This document shows positions 35,846 to 46,330 of a DNA stretch of 64,000 bases, in pieces. The position numbers and the translations under genes are program-made. The DNA is taken from positions 55,864,001-55,928,000 of the forward strand of contig NC_086108.1 in NCBI RefSeq assembly GCF_963921235.1, in the 5' to 3' direction. The notes under the pieces were generated by a model. The model ran no database searches. It was not told where the DNA came from and was given only the letters and a program-made list of their open reading frames with translations. Source of the DNA: Mobula hypostoma. Taxonomy: Eukaryota. Position 1 is the stretch's first letter. Every line of letters starts with the position of its first letter.

Positions 35846-38318
35846 GGCTACTGGGGAGAGTTTAAACAAGAATTGCTGGGGGGTGGGAACTGAACTGAAG
35901 AGATGGAGGAAGGGGCGGTTGGCTCACAAATATAGAAAGCTTGTAGACAGTGTGAGAGGGAGAATAGGCAGGTAATAGAGAAGGGATACGCTCAGACCGA
36001 TGGGTGAGATGTGTCTATTTCAATGCAAAGAGTGTTATAAACAAAGTGGATGAGCTTAGAGCGTGGATCAGTACTTGGAGCTATGATGTTGTGGCCATTA
36101 CAGAGACTTGTATGACTCAGGTGCAGGAATGGTTACTTAGAATGCCAGGCTATAGATGTTTCAGAAAGGACAGGGAGGGAGGCAAAAGAGGTGGGGGCAT
36201 GGCACTGCTGTTCAGAGATAGAGTCACGGCGGCAGAAAAGCAGGAAGCTATGGTGCGATTGTCCACTGAATCTCTGTAGATGGAAGTTAGGAATAGGAAA
36301 GGGTCAATAACTCTACTGGGTGTATTTTATAGAACTCCCAATAGTAACAGGGACATTGAGGAGCAGATAGAGAGACAGATTCTGGAAAGGTGTAATAATA
36401 ACAGGGTTGCTGTGGTGGGAGATTTTAATTTCCCAAATATTGATTGGCATCTCCCTAGAGCAAAGGGTTTAGATGGGGTTGAGTTTGTTAGGTGTGTTTA
36501 GGAAGGTTTCTTGACACAATATGTAGATAAGCCTACAAGAGGAGAGCTGTACTTGATTTGGTATTGGGAAATGAATCTGGTCAGGTGTCAGGTCTCTCAG
36601 TGGGAGAGCATTTTGGAGATAGTGATCAAAATTCTATTTCCTTTACAATAGCATTAGAGAGGGATAGGAACAGACAAGTTAGGAAAGCATTTAATTTGAG
36701 TAAGGGGAAATATGAGGCTATCAGGCAGGAAATTGGAAGCATAAGCTGGGAACAGATGTTCTCAGGGAAATGTACGGCAGAAGTGTGGCAAATGTTCGGG
36801 AGATATTTGCGTGGAGTTCTGCATAGGTATGTTTCAAGGATGGTAGGGTACAGGAACCATGGTGGACAAAGGCTGTGGAAAATCTAGTCAAGGAGAAAAG
36901 AAAAACTTATGAAAGGTTCAAAAAACTAGGTAATGACAGAGATTTAGAAGATTTTAAGGCTAGCAGGAAGGAGCTTAAAAATGAAATTAGGAGAACCAGA
37001 AGGGGCCATGAGCAGGTCATGGTGGGCAGGATAAAGGAAATCCCCAAGTCATTCTACAAGTATGTGAAGAGCAAGAGGATAAGTTGTAAGAGAATAGGAC
37101 CAATCAAGTATGACAGTGAAGAAGTGTGTATGGAACTGGAGGGGATCACAGAGAAACTTAATGAATACTTTGCTTCAGTATTCACTACTGAAAAGGGTCT
37201 TGGCAATTGTAGGGATGACTTACAGTGGACTGAAAAGCTTGAGCATATAGATATTAAGAAAGAGGGTGTGCTGGAGCTTTTGGAAAGCATCAAGTTGGAT
37301 AAGTCACTGGGACCGGACAAGATGTACCCCAGGCTAATGTGGGAGGGGAGGGAGGAGATCGCTGAGCCTCTGGCAATGATCTTTGCATCATCAGTGGGGG
37401 CAGGAGAGGTTCCGGAGGATTGGAGGGTTGCAGATGTTGTTCCCTTATTCAAAAAAGGGAGTAGAGATCGGCCAGGAAATTATAGACCAGTGAGTCTGAC
37501 TTCAGTGTTGGTAAGTTGATGGAGAAGATCCTGAGAGGCAGGATTTATGAACGTTTCGAGAGGTATAATATGATTAGGAATAGTCAGCATGGCTTTGTCA
37601 AAGGCAGGTCGTGCCTTACGAGCCTGATTGAATTTTTTGAGGATGTGACTAAACACATTGATGGTAGTGGAGCAGTAGACGTAGTATATATGGATTTTAG
37701 CGAGGCATTTGATAAGGTACCCCATGCAAGGCTTATTGAGAAAGTAAGGAGGCACGGGATCCAAGGGCACATTGCCTTTTGAATCCAGAATTGACTTGCC
37801 CACAGAAGGCCAAGAGTGGCTGTAGATGGGTCATATTCTGCATGGAGGTTGTTGACCAGCGGTGTGCCTCAGGGATCTGTTCTGGGACACCTTCTCTTCA
37901 TGATTTTTATAAATGACCTGGATGAAGAAGTGGAGGAATGGGTTAGTAAATTTGCTGATGACACAAAGGTTGGGGGTGTTGTGGATAGTGTGGAGGGCTG
38001 TCAGAGGTTACAGCAGGACATCGATAGGATGTAAAACTGGGCTGAGAAGTGGCAGATGGAGCTCAACCCAGATAAGTGTGAGGTGATTCATTTTGGTAGG
38101 TCAAATATGATGGCAGAATATAGTATTAATGGTAAGACTCTGGCAATCCTTGGAGTAATGGCAGTGTGGAGGATCAGAGGGATCTTGGGGTCCGAGTCCA
38201 CAGGACACTCAAAGCTGCTGTGTAGGTTGACTCTGTGGTTAAGAAAACACACGGTGCATTGGCCGTCATCAAACGTGGGATTGAGTTTAAGAGCTGAGAT
38301 GTAATGTTACAGCTATAT

Positions 38319-38887
38319 GTTGTTGTTCGTCCATCATTGACGCCGATGAGGACCTCGACACCATTATGATGGTGTCGAGACTAGCGCGTGATGTGGATTT
38401 AAGTGAGGGAGAGTTGCGCAGCATCGGTCTCACTCTCTCTTCCCAATTCCCATCTGGATCCAGTGGCAAGACAGAATCTAGACGACTGGAGATGGGACTA
38501 GGTGCAGTGGATGACCAGGACGTCTTCTGTGTCTTGTCCTGCTCTACATGTTCCACGACGCTTGCAGAGACCGCCTTCTTGACCGTTGGACCTTCCGCTG
38601 GTCTCGTCCGCTCAATCCGCCGGAGTCTGTCTTCACATGCTGGGATAGACAACTCCCTATCTCACCGAGGGTTTGAGACCCGTCGGCTACCCTCACCTGG
38701 TTTAGCCGGCTTGTCGAAGCCGTTGCCTGGGATGTGGCCGCTGTCGCATGCAAACAGCTACGGGGAGCCACAGGTGAGAGCTGAGTGCCAGGTGGGGACC
38801 AAAGGTGGACTAACCGCCCTGAAAAGGACGCAACATGATCCCCCACCAGAGGTGCTACCCCTCCCTGACACCCCATGTACCCCTATA
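38319..38887 (-). mobile_element. RTE-type non-autonomous retroelement (569 bp) with 11-bp TSD and (AAC)n tail
   Basis: TACAGCTATAT at 38308-18 and 38888-98; minus-strand 3' end GATGGACGAACAACAAC; CpG-rich, so probably young. Confidence 0.85.
38692..38874 (-). ncRNA. HDV-like self-cleaving ribozyme fold
   Basis: P1 GGGGUGU (38874-68)/ACAUCCC (38735-29); P2 CUCACCUG/CAGGUGAG; P3 GGC/GCC with UCC after it; then AGG-CAA; P4 CGGCUU-CGAC-AAGCCG; G-CUAA with putative catalytic C at 38705. Confidence 0.7.
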
Positions 38888-39772
38888 TACAGCTATATAG
38901 GACCCTGGTCAGACCCCACTTGGAGCACTGTGCTCCGTTCTGGTCACCTCACTGCAGGAAGGATGTGGAAACTATAGAAAGGGTGCAGAGGAGATTTACA
39001 AGGATGTTGCCTGAATTGGGGAGCATGCCTTATGAGAATAGGTTGAGTGAACTTGGCCTTTCCTCCTTGGAGTGACGGAGGATGAGAGGTGACCTGATAG
39101 AGGTGCATAAGATGATGAGAGGCATTGATCGTGTGGATAGTCAGAGGCTTTTTCCCAGGGCTGAAGTGGCTAACATGACAGGACACAGTTTTAAGGTACA
39201 GAGGAGATGTTAGGGGTAAGTTTTTTCACAGAGGTAAGTGCATGGAATGTGTTGCCGATGATAGTGTTGGAGGCGGTTACGATAGGGTCTTTTAAGAGAC
39301 TCCTGGAGCTTAGAAAAATAGAGGACTATGGATAACCTTTGGTAATTTCTAAAGTAAGCAAAAGTTCGACACAGCATTGTGGGCTGAAGGGCCTGTATTG
39401 TACTGTAGGTTTTCTGTGTTTCTAAGTTCATTGGATCCTTCAGGATTGTCAGGAAAGTAAAACCAGTGGCTGTCACCCAGCAGCTTCCCAACACCCTCAA
39501 GATTATTCCCACTTTCCATGTTTCCAAGTTAAGCCTGTGAACACCAGCCCTTTAGCCCCACCCTGGTTTATTGATGGGGAACAGGTTTTCACCGTGAGAA
39601 AACTTTTGGTCTCGTGTACAATTCGAGGTGTTTGGCAGTATCTCGTGGACTGTGAAGGACTGGACCGGAGGGGAGGTCCTGGGCACCTGGATCTGGCTGT
39701 CATCCACGACTGCAACCATTATCCCTCTGATCAGCCAGGTCCATCAGGAGTTGACCATGGGGTAGGGGATCC

Positions 39773-39902
39773 TGTTACGACATGCTACCCATCCGCACCA
39801 GCTTCCAGGTTTGGGAATCCAGTTTGAAACCATGTCTCGATCCTTGTCTCGCATGCTCCAGCATTTGGGTCCAAGCCCGCCTCATCAAGGACTCTTGTCA
39901 CA
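39773..39902 (+). repeat. 3' LTR of the Sushi-like Gypsy (internally shorter)
   Basis: TGTT...TCACA, preceded by PPT, followed by TSD CAGAT. Confidence 0.8.
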
Positions 39903-40149
39903 CAGATACCAGTTTCTGTAATTTCTCGTTGCTATTTAACTCTTAAGAGACTAAGTTTCATTCTGTAAATTAGGGGCTGCTGTTGTTGGGTAAGCCCACA
40001 ACTGACAGAGACCGGCTGGTTGGAATTGAGGGCCCAACGTTTTCCCATGGGAAAGACAGACAAAGCTGGCAAGGTTTGGGAAGCTTGGCTGATGAAAGAT
40101 ATTTCTAATTTAGTCAAAAAGGAAAAGTAAGCATACTTAAGTTTTAACA

Positions 40150-40480
40150 TAGAATAAATACATATAATTTTACAGCATAAGAACAGGAACTTCTGCCCAC
40201 GATGTAATGCCAAACAAATTAAACTAGTAATTAAATACCTAACTAAACTAATCCCTTCTGCCTACACAATGTCGATATCCCTTCATTCTCTGTATATTCC
40301 TGTACATATCTAAGAGCCTCTTCAATGCTTTACTCCATTAACACACCTGGCAATGCATCCCAGTCATGACCTCTCCCTCTATGTAAAACAAAACATGCCT
40401 GAACATCTCCCTCTCTCCTTTCATCTTAAATGCATGCCCTCTAGTACCGTATGTCTACTCTATGCCCCTCATAATCTTAG
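40150..40480 (-). mobile_element. Old CR1 3' fragments
   Basis: TCTTAAATGCATGCCCTCTAG and CTCTATGCCCCTCATAAT match the minus-strand CR1 3' region. Confidence 0.65.
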
Positions 40481-41094
40481 TTTCAAGCAGCATGACTATG
40501 TACAAGGAAGCTTGACATTGACTTGTCTTATTGATTCCATAGGACCAGATTCACCTGTGGTCCTTGTGGATGTAGTTCATGTGATGAAGTGTTTATACAG
40601 TATATACATCATGGTTGTTGGTCAGAAAGAACTGTAATCTACAAAGCAGTAAATAGGAATGAGGCAAGGGCAGTGGTAAAAGACAAAGCAAAAGTTTTTG
40701 TTCTTCTCATGGAGGCTGCCATCTTGTAAGACTGTCCTTGCAGCCACCATTGTGTGCACTGTTTGGTGAATTGGTTTTTGATGAGGGGTAGCTTAATCAG
40801 AGCAATTGAACGTGGAAGCAGGCATATAATGCTGATGATCTGCGAAACCTGAGGCCACTCTCAGATAAAGAGCTGTTTATTATGTAAAATATCAGGCTTA
40901 TAGAAGGAAAAATCTGTGATCTGATTATATCTGCCCAATGCTTAGCTAACCTGGTTGAACTATTTTCAACCAGTCTGTATTGGAAAGAATAAAAGAAATT
41001 ATCTAAGGCACAAGACTAGAGGAAAGAGCCATAAAGCAATACGCTGTACCCTTGGGGCATATCTGTAATAAAAACATTGCATCCAGTGTGCTGA

Positions 41095-41112
41095 ATCCTG
41101 CCAACTACACCA
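41095..41112 (-). promoter_or_regulatory. Second tRNA-Ser PBS copy, downstream of the 3' LTR
   Basis: Minus strand TGGTGTAGTTGGCAGGAT after the same AAAT spacer. Confidence 0.8.
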
Positions 41113-41116
41113 ATTT

Positions 41117-41598
41117 TGTAATAAAAAAAATTTTAAATTTCATTATGGGTTATTTCTTTATTCAGCTCAGGGTATTTGCATAGACATCTGCAAACAAAGG
41201 AGACACTTCACATGTATTCATCCACAAGAAAACACGTTATTAGAACTAGCACAAGAAAAACAAATATCTACAGCAGTAGTAGCAGTACAGAAAGTCGATC
41301 TCTACTATATCGGAGAGGACCACAAATCTGACAATCTTACGCATCTCTCTCTCTCTCTTTCTCTCTCTCTCGCTCTCTCGCTCTTGCTCTGGCACTTCAG
41401 TCTAGACACATAATTTAGGAAAACAGGGACATCAGGTCCGCAAGAAGGAAAAGATCATTCATTATCACATCTCTGGGAAGTGCATTCCTGCACACCTCCA
41501 GACAATCACAACATTTCAAATTGACATAATTTTGTCTTTGAACTTCCATTTTATTCTGGCATGTACCAAGGAGGAATCCAATTAACTCTTTCCTTACA
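41117..41598 (-). repeat. ERV 3' LTR
   Basis: TGTAA...TTACA; PPT (minus strand GGAATCAAGGGGTGGCA) at 41599-41615; homologous to 52566-53290; (CT)n at ~41344-41390 lies where the other LTR has a central segment. Confidence 0.85.
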
Positions 41599-42681
41599 TG
41601 CCACCCCTTGATTCCTCATTGGTACTATACGTTATACAAAATTTACGGTAATTATAGGTTAACTAGAATTATTACAATATAATATCTTAAGCAGAGGGAT
41701 TATAATATGAATGCTATATAAGCAAGAAGCTAAAACAAATTGCACTATAAGCTCCACTAATATAATCAGATTAGTTCACATACACAATTAGTTCTCTGAA
41801 TCGCAATCGCAATTAATCATGATTAAATTTCACAAATGTGTGTGTTGTTATCGGAAGACATCTTTTATAGCTGGCTTGTGTGTGTTCTTCCCACATGTTC
41901 ACATGGTGATCTCTACTCAAGGGAAGGTCCTTGCCATTGACAAAATTAAATCTAGGACTGATATTGGAAGAAAGCAAAGTATCTGTTATTATCAGTCTTA
42001 CACAAATTCATATCATTCTCATTTGGTCAATATCTCCCTGTTTAAACACACCAGATGATCTTTCCTTTGTACTGATACCCCAGTAAATATTACCATCTCC
42101 ATTTGCTACAATCTCTTCCTTGCAAACTGGAGAATTTGGAATATGACCCCAAACTTTCTTTCCTATCCTGTGAGCCCTTTCTTCAGTGCCTCTTTCCTCC
42201 TCTGGTCTGACCATTGGCAATGCTTGGAGTAATGTTGTTCAGTTTGTACAAGGCAGGGGATAATACAGTCAGCCACCCCTAAAAGGTATGAATTGGTGTC
42301 ATTAAACACATTTGTTGTTTTAATAGTCTATTCATTCTTTCGATCAACCCTGATACTTGGGTGCGTATGATACACCCAACAAATGCCTCTATTAGCAACA
42401 GTCTCTCATAGCCTGTCCCAAGGAATGAGACCCATTATCTGATTGTATCACTTGAGGATCTTCATAGCAACCAATTAACTTCTGCAATCCCTTTTATGTA
42501 TGTATCTGGTCAGCTCTGGTGCAAGGAATTGCCCTGGTCAGCAAATATTTAAATCATTGGTGCTGTGGCAGGGGTCTGATGTAATCAATTTGCCATATCT
42601 GAGCTGGACCAGCTGTGCATTTTAATGTGAACGGTCAGCTTCTCGGGAGTGCTCCCCTTTTAACCTGCTGACAAATATCAC

Positions 42682-45470
42682 CATGAGACCATAAGACAAA
42701 GGAGCAGGAGTAGGCCATTCGGCCCATCGAGTCTGCTCCGCCATTTTATCATGAGCTGATCCATTTTATCCTATTTAGTCCCACTGCCCCGCCTTCTCAC
42801 CATAACCTTTGATGCCCTGGCTACTCAGATACCTATCAATCTCTGCCTTAAGACACCCAATGACTTGGCCTCCACTGCTGCCCGTGGCAACAAATTCCAT
42901 AGATTCACCACCCTCTGACTAAAAAAATTTTTTCGCATTTCTGTTCTGAAAGGGCGCCCTTCAATCCTGAAGTCATGCCCTCTCGTACTAGACTCCCCCA
43001 TCATGGGAAACAACTTTGCCACATCCACTCTGTCCATGCCTTTTAACATTCGAAATGTTCCTATGAGGTCTCCCCTCATTCTTCTAAACTCCAAGGAATA
43101 CAGTCCAAGAGCGGACAAACGTTCCTCATATGTTAACCCTCTCATTCCCGGAATCATTCTAGTGAATCTTCTCTGTACCCTCTCCAACGTCAGCACATCC
43201 TTCCTTAAATAAGGAGACCAAAACTGCCCACAGTACTCCAAGTGAGGTCTCACCAGTGCCTTATAGAGCCTCAACATCACATCCCTGCTCCTATACTCTA
43301 TTCCTCTAGAAATGAATGCCAACATTGCATTCGCCTTCTTCACTACCGACTCAACCTGGAGGTTAACTTTAAGGGAATCCTGTACGAGGACTCCCAAGTC
43401 CCGTTGCATCTCAGAACTTTGAATTCTTTCCCCATTTAAATAATAGTCTGCCCGTTTATTTTTTCTGCCAAAGTGCATAACCATACACTTTCCAACATTG
43501 TACTTCATTTGCCACTTCTCTGTCCATTCTTCCAATCTATCCAAGTCTCTCTGCAGACTCTCCGTTTCCTCAGCACTACCGGCCCCTCCACCTATCTTCG
43601 TATCGTCAGCAAACTTAGCCACAAAGCCTTCTATTCCATAATCCAAATCGTTGATGTACAATGTAAAAAGAAGCGGCCCCAACACTGATCCCTGTGGAAC
43701 ACCGCTGGTATCGGCAGCCAACCAGAATATGATCCCTTTATTCTCACTCTTTGTTTCCTGCCAATCAGCCAACGCTCTATCCACATATGTAACTTTCCTG
43801 TAATTCCATGGGCTCTTATCTTGTTAAGCAGCCTCATATGTGGCACCTTGTCAAAGGCCTTCTGAAAATCCAGATATACAACATCCACTGCATCTCCCTT
43901 GTCTAGCCTACTGGTAATTTCCTCAAAAAATTGTAATAGGTTTGTCAGGCAGGATTTTCCTTGAAGGAATCCATGCTGAGTTCTGCCTATCTTGTCATAT
44001 GCCTCCAGGTACTCTGTAACCTCAGCCTTGACAATCGACTCCAACAACCGACGTCAAGCTAACAGGTCTATAATTTCCTTTTTGCTTCTTTGCCCCCTTC
44101 TTAAATAGCGGAGTGACATTTGCAATCTTCCAGTCCTCCGGAACCATGCCAGAATCTATCGACTTTTGAAAGATGATCGCTAATGCCTCCGCAATCTCCA
44201 CAGCTACTTCCTTCAGAACACGAGGGTGCATTCCATCTGGTCCAGGAGATTTATCGACCTTTAGCCTATTCAGCTTCCTGAGTACTTTCTCTGTCGTAAT
44301 TGTGACTGCGCACACTTCTCTTCCCTGTCACCCTTGAGTGTCCGGTATCCTGCTGATGTCTTCCTCAGTGAAGACTGATGCAAAATACTTTTTTGCTTCC
44401 TTGTATGCCCTCTCCTTAGCTTTAACTTTGGCTTTGACTTCTCTTGTCAACCACGGTTGCATCCTTTTTCCACTCGAAAATTTCTCCTTTTTTGGAATAT
44501 ACCTGTCTTGCACATTCCTCATTTCTCGCATAAACTCCAGCCACTGCCGCTCTGCTATCTTTCCCGCCAGTGTCTCTTTCCAGTCAACTTTGGCCAGTTC
44601 CTCTCTCATGCCACTGTAGTTTCCTTTACTCCACTGAAACACTGACACATCAGATTTTGGCTTCTCTTTTTCTAATTTCACAGTGAACTCAATCATGTTA
44701 TGATCACTGCCTCCTAAGGGTTCCTTCACCTCAATCTCTCCAATCACCTCCGGTTCATTACACAATACCCAATCCAGTACAGCCGATCCCCTAGTGGGCT
44801 CAACAACAAGCTGTTCTAAAAAGCCATCTCGCAGACATTCTACAAATTCTCTCTCTTGAGATCCAGTGCCGACCTGATTTTTCCAATCTACTCGCATGTT
44901 AAAATCCCCCACAATTATCATAACACTGCCCTTCTGATAAGCCTTTTCTATTTCCAGTTGTAATTTGTAGTCCACATCCCTGCAGCTGTTTGGAGGCCTA
45001 TAAATAACTGCCATCAGGGTCCTTTTACCCCTCCTATTCCTTAGCTCAACCCATAAAGATTCTGCACCTTCCGATCCTATATCACCTCTTTCTAATGATT
45101 TAATATCATTTCTTACCAATAAAGCCACGCCTCCCCCTCTGTCTACCTTCCTATCCTTCCGATACACCGTGTATCCTTGGACGTTCAGCTCCCAGAGACA
45201 TGCATCCTTTAGCCAGGTCTCAGTGATGGCCACAATATCATACCTGCCAATCTGTAGCTGTACAACTAGATCATCCACCTTATTTCTTATGCTGTGTGCA
45301 TTTAAGTACAACACCTTAAGACCAGTATTTGATACTTTTTGCTTTGATTTCACTGCAACTTTATTGCACTGCAACTCATCCCAATGGCTACACATTTGCC
45401 CCATCACCTGCCTGTCTTTCCTGACATCTTTACTGCTCACTATCTTAGATTTATTTCTATCTTAGATTTA
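42682..45470 (-). mobile_element. Relatively young CR1 LINE (ORF2 with internal deletion) inserted in the ERV integrase zinc finger
   Basis: Long ORFs 44328-45440 (EN) and 42825-43784 (RT: GVPQGSVLGP, KFADDTK); AATATCAC duplicated at 42674-81 and 45479-86. Confidence 0.93.
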
Positions 45471-45924
45471 TCACACACAATATCACACACAGTAACAACT
45501 TCTTTAGTCATTACTACAGGCAGTTGTACACCTCGTTGTCTAGTCCATTCAATTGTACCAGGCATTCCCAGATGACCAGTCATATTTTGTGCCCATTGAC
45601 CCAGTGCATGGAATTCAGGGGTGTTGGCCTGGCATACCCAGATTAACTGGTCCACTTTATTTTTAAGGGTGAAAGTCTGTTCCCGCGTTCAGATGTGGCC
45701 AAGAGGAAGAGAGGGACACTGATGCTGGTCAATAGTTCATAGATTTTAATGTGAACAGGATTTTAAGGGAAAGGAAAACAATAAACGCTAGGGCAGGTGG
45801 GGCCATTAACCATAACTCTCAAATGGAAAACTAAACGCCAGCACTATGGCTGAAAGAAAAATCTAAACATAAAATCCTTCCTAACGTGCTGCACCAGACA
45901 GTCAGTCATTCTGGTCTGGCGCGT

Positions 45925-46132
45925 GGTGTCAGGATTGGTCTCCTTTCGGATTAACTGGGTCACGATATGAACGTTCCTGACTCGACCCTTGTTTTTTACA
46001 AGGCCGAGTGGCTAGCTCGATGCTCAACCCGGCACAGATGGAAAACGTGCTCGGGGGGTGGTCCAACTTGGATCCGAACTCGGGAGCCTTCACTTCGATG
46101 TCCAGCGCTGATACCACTGCACCACCAGCCGG
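45925..46132 (-). mobile_element. tRNA-derived SINE
   Basis: Minus-strand head with A box TGGTGCAGTGG and B box GAGTTCGGATCC. Confidence 0.7.
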
Positions 46133-46330
46133 TCAAGATAAAATGGATACTGCTCATCTCTAGTGTAAGTCAAACTGATTGTCCACTTCCTCGGATAAGG
46201 CTGAATGCAAGCAGGCAGTGTAACATTGCTGTGCTTTGCTCAAATCTCAACAAGTACTACAATGCAAAGAAGGGAGTTAAACACCACCATAATGAAACAG
46301 TAATTAGCTGAAATGTTTGTATTCACGAGC

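Larger units (their letters stand above)
36004..39200 (+). pseudogene. CR1 ORF2 (APE endonuclease + reverse transcriptase), multiple stops/frameshifts
   Basis: YFNAKS, DVVAITET, GDFNFPNIDW, NYRPVSLT, YMDFSEAFDKV, GVPQGSVLG, KFADDTK spread over separate ORFs. Confidence 0.92.
34716..39423 (+). mobile_element. Full-length CR1 LINE nested in the Gypsy integrase 3' region
   Basis: AAGT duplicated at 34712-15 and 39424-27 (Gypsy RKLASK|FIGSF); 5' UTR, ORF1, disrupted ORF2 (36004-39200), TTTCTGTG tail. Confidence 0.93.
25844..39902 (+). mobile_element. Ty3/Gypsy LTR retrotransposon, Sushi/chromovirus type, decayed, with nested insertions
   Basis: TSD CAGAA/CAGAT; LTRs 25844-26165 and 39773-39902; PPT GGGGTAGGGGAT; gag MDPAG...PAPERFD..SCCSFLIQC, knuckle CFYCGEAGHLQAKC, protease [34 protein letters not shown] and YLDD, RNase H, integrase, chromodomain (FTVRKLL...QYLVDCEG, 39537-39827). 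Confidence 0.92.

Noticed and set aside
38366..38977. 203-aa plus-strand ORF
   Set aside because: Antisense to the RTE-type insertion and runs into CR1; no protein motif; GC-rich chance ORF.
41095..41112. tRNA-Ser gene fragment
   Set aside because: Only the 3' 18-20 nt including CCA, adjacent to an LTR; it is a PBS, not a gene.
41616..42040. Retroviral env remnant
   Set aside because: One hydrophobic stretch but no furin site, CX6CC motif or sustained frame; the region is too short.
46060..46132. Possible tRNA gene
   Set aside because: A/B boxes are present but there is no clean acceptor stem or terminator, and it continues into a SINE body.
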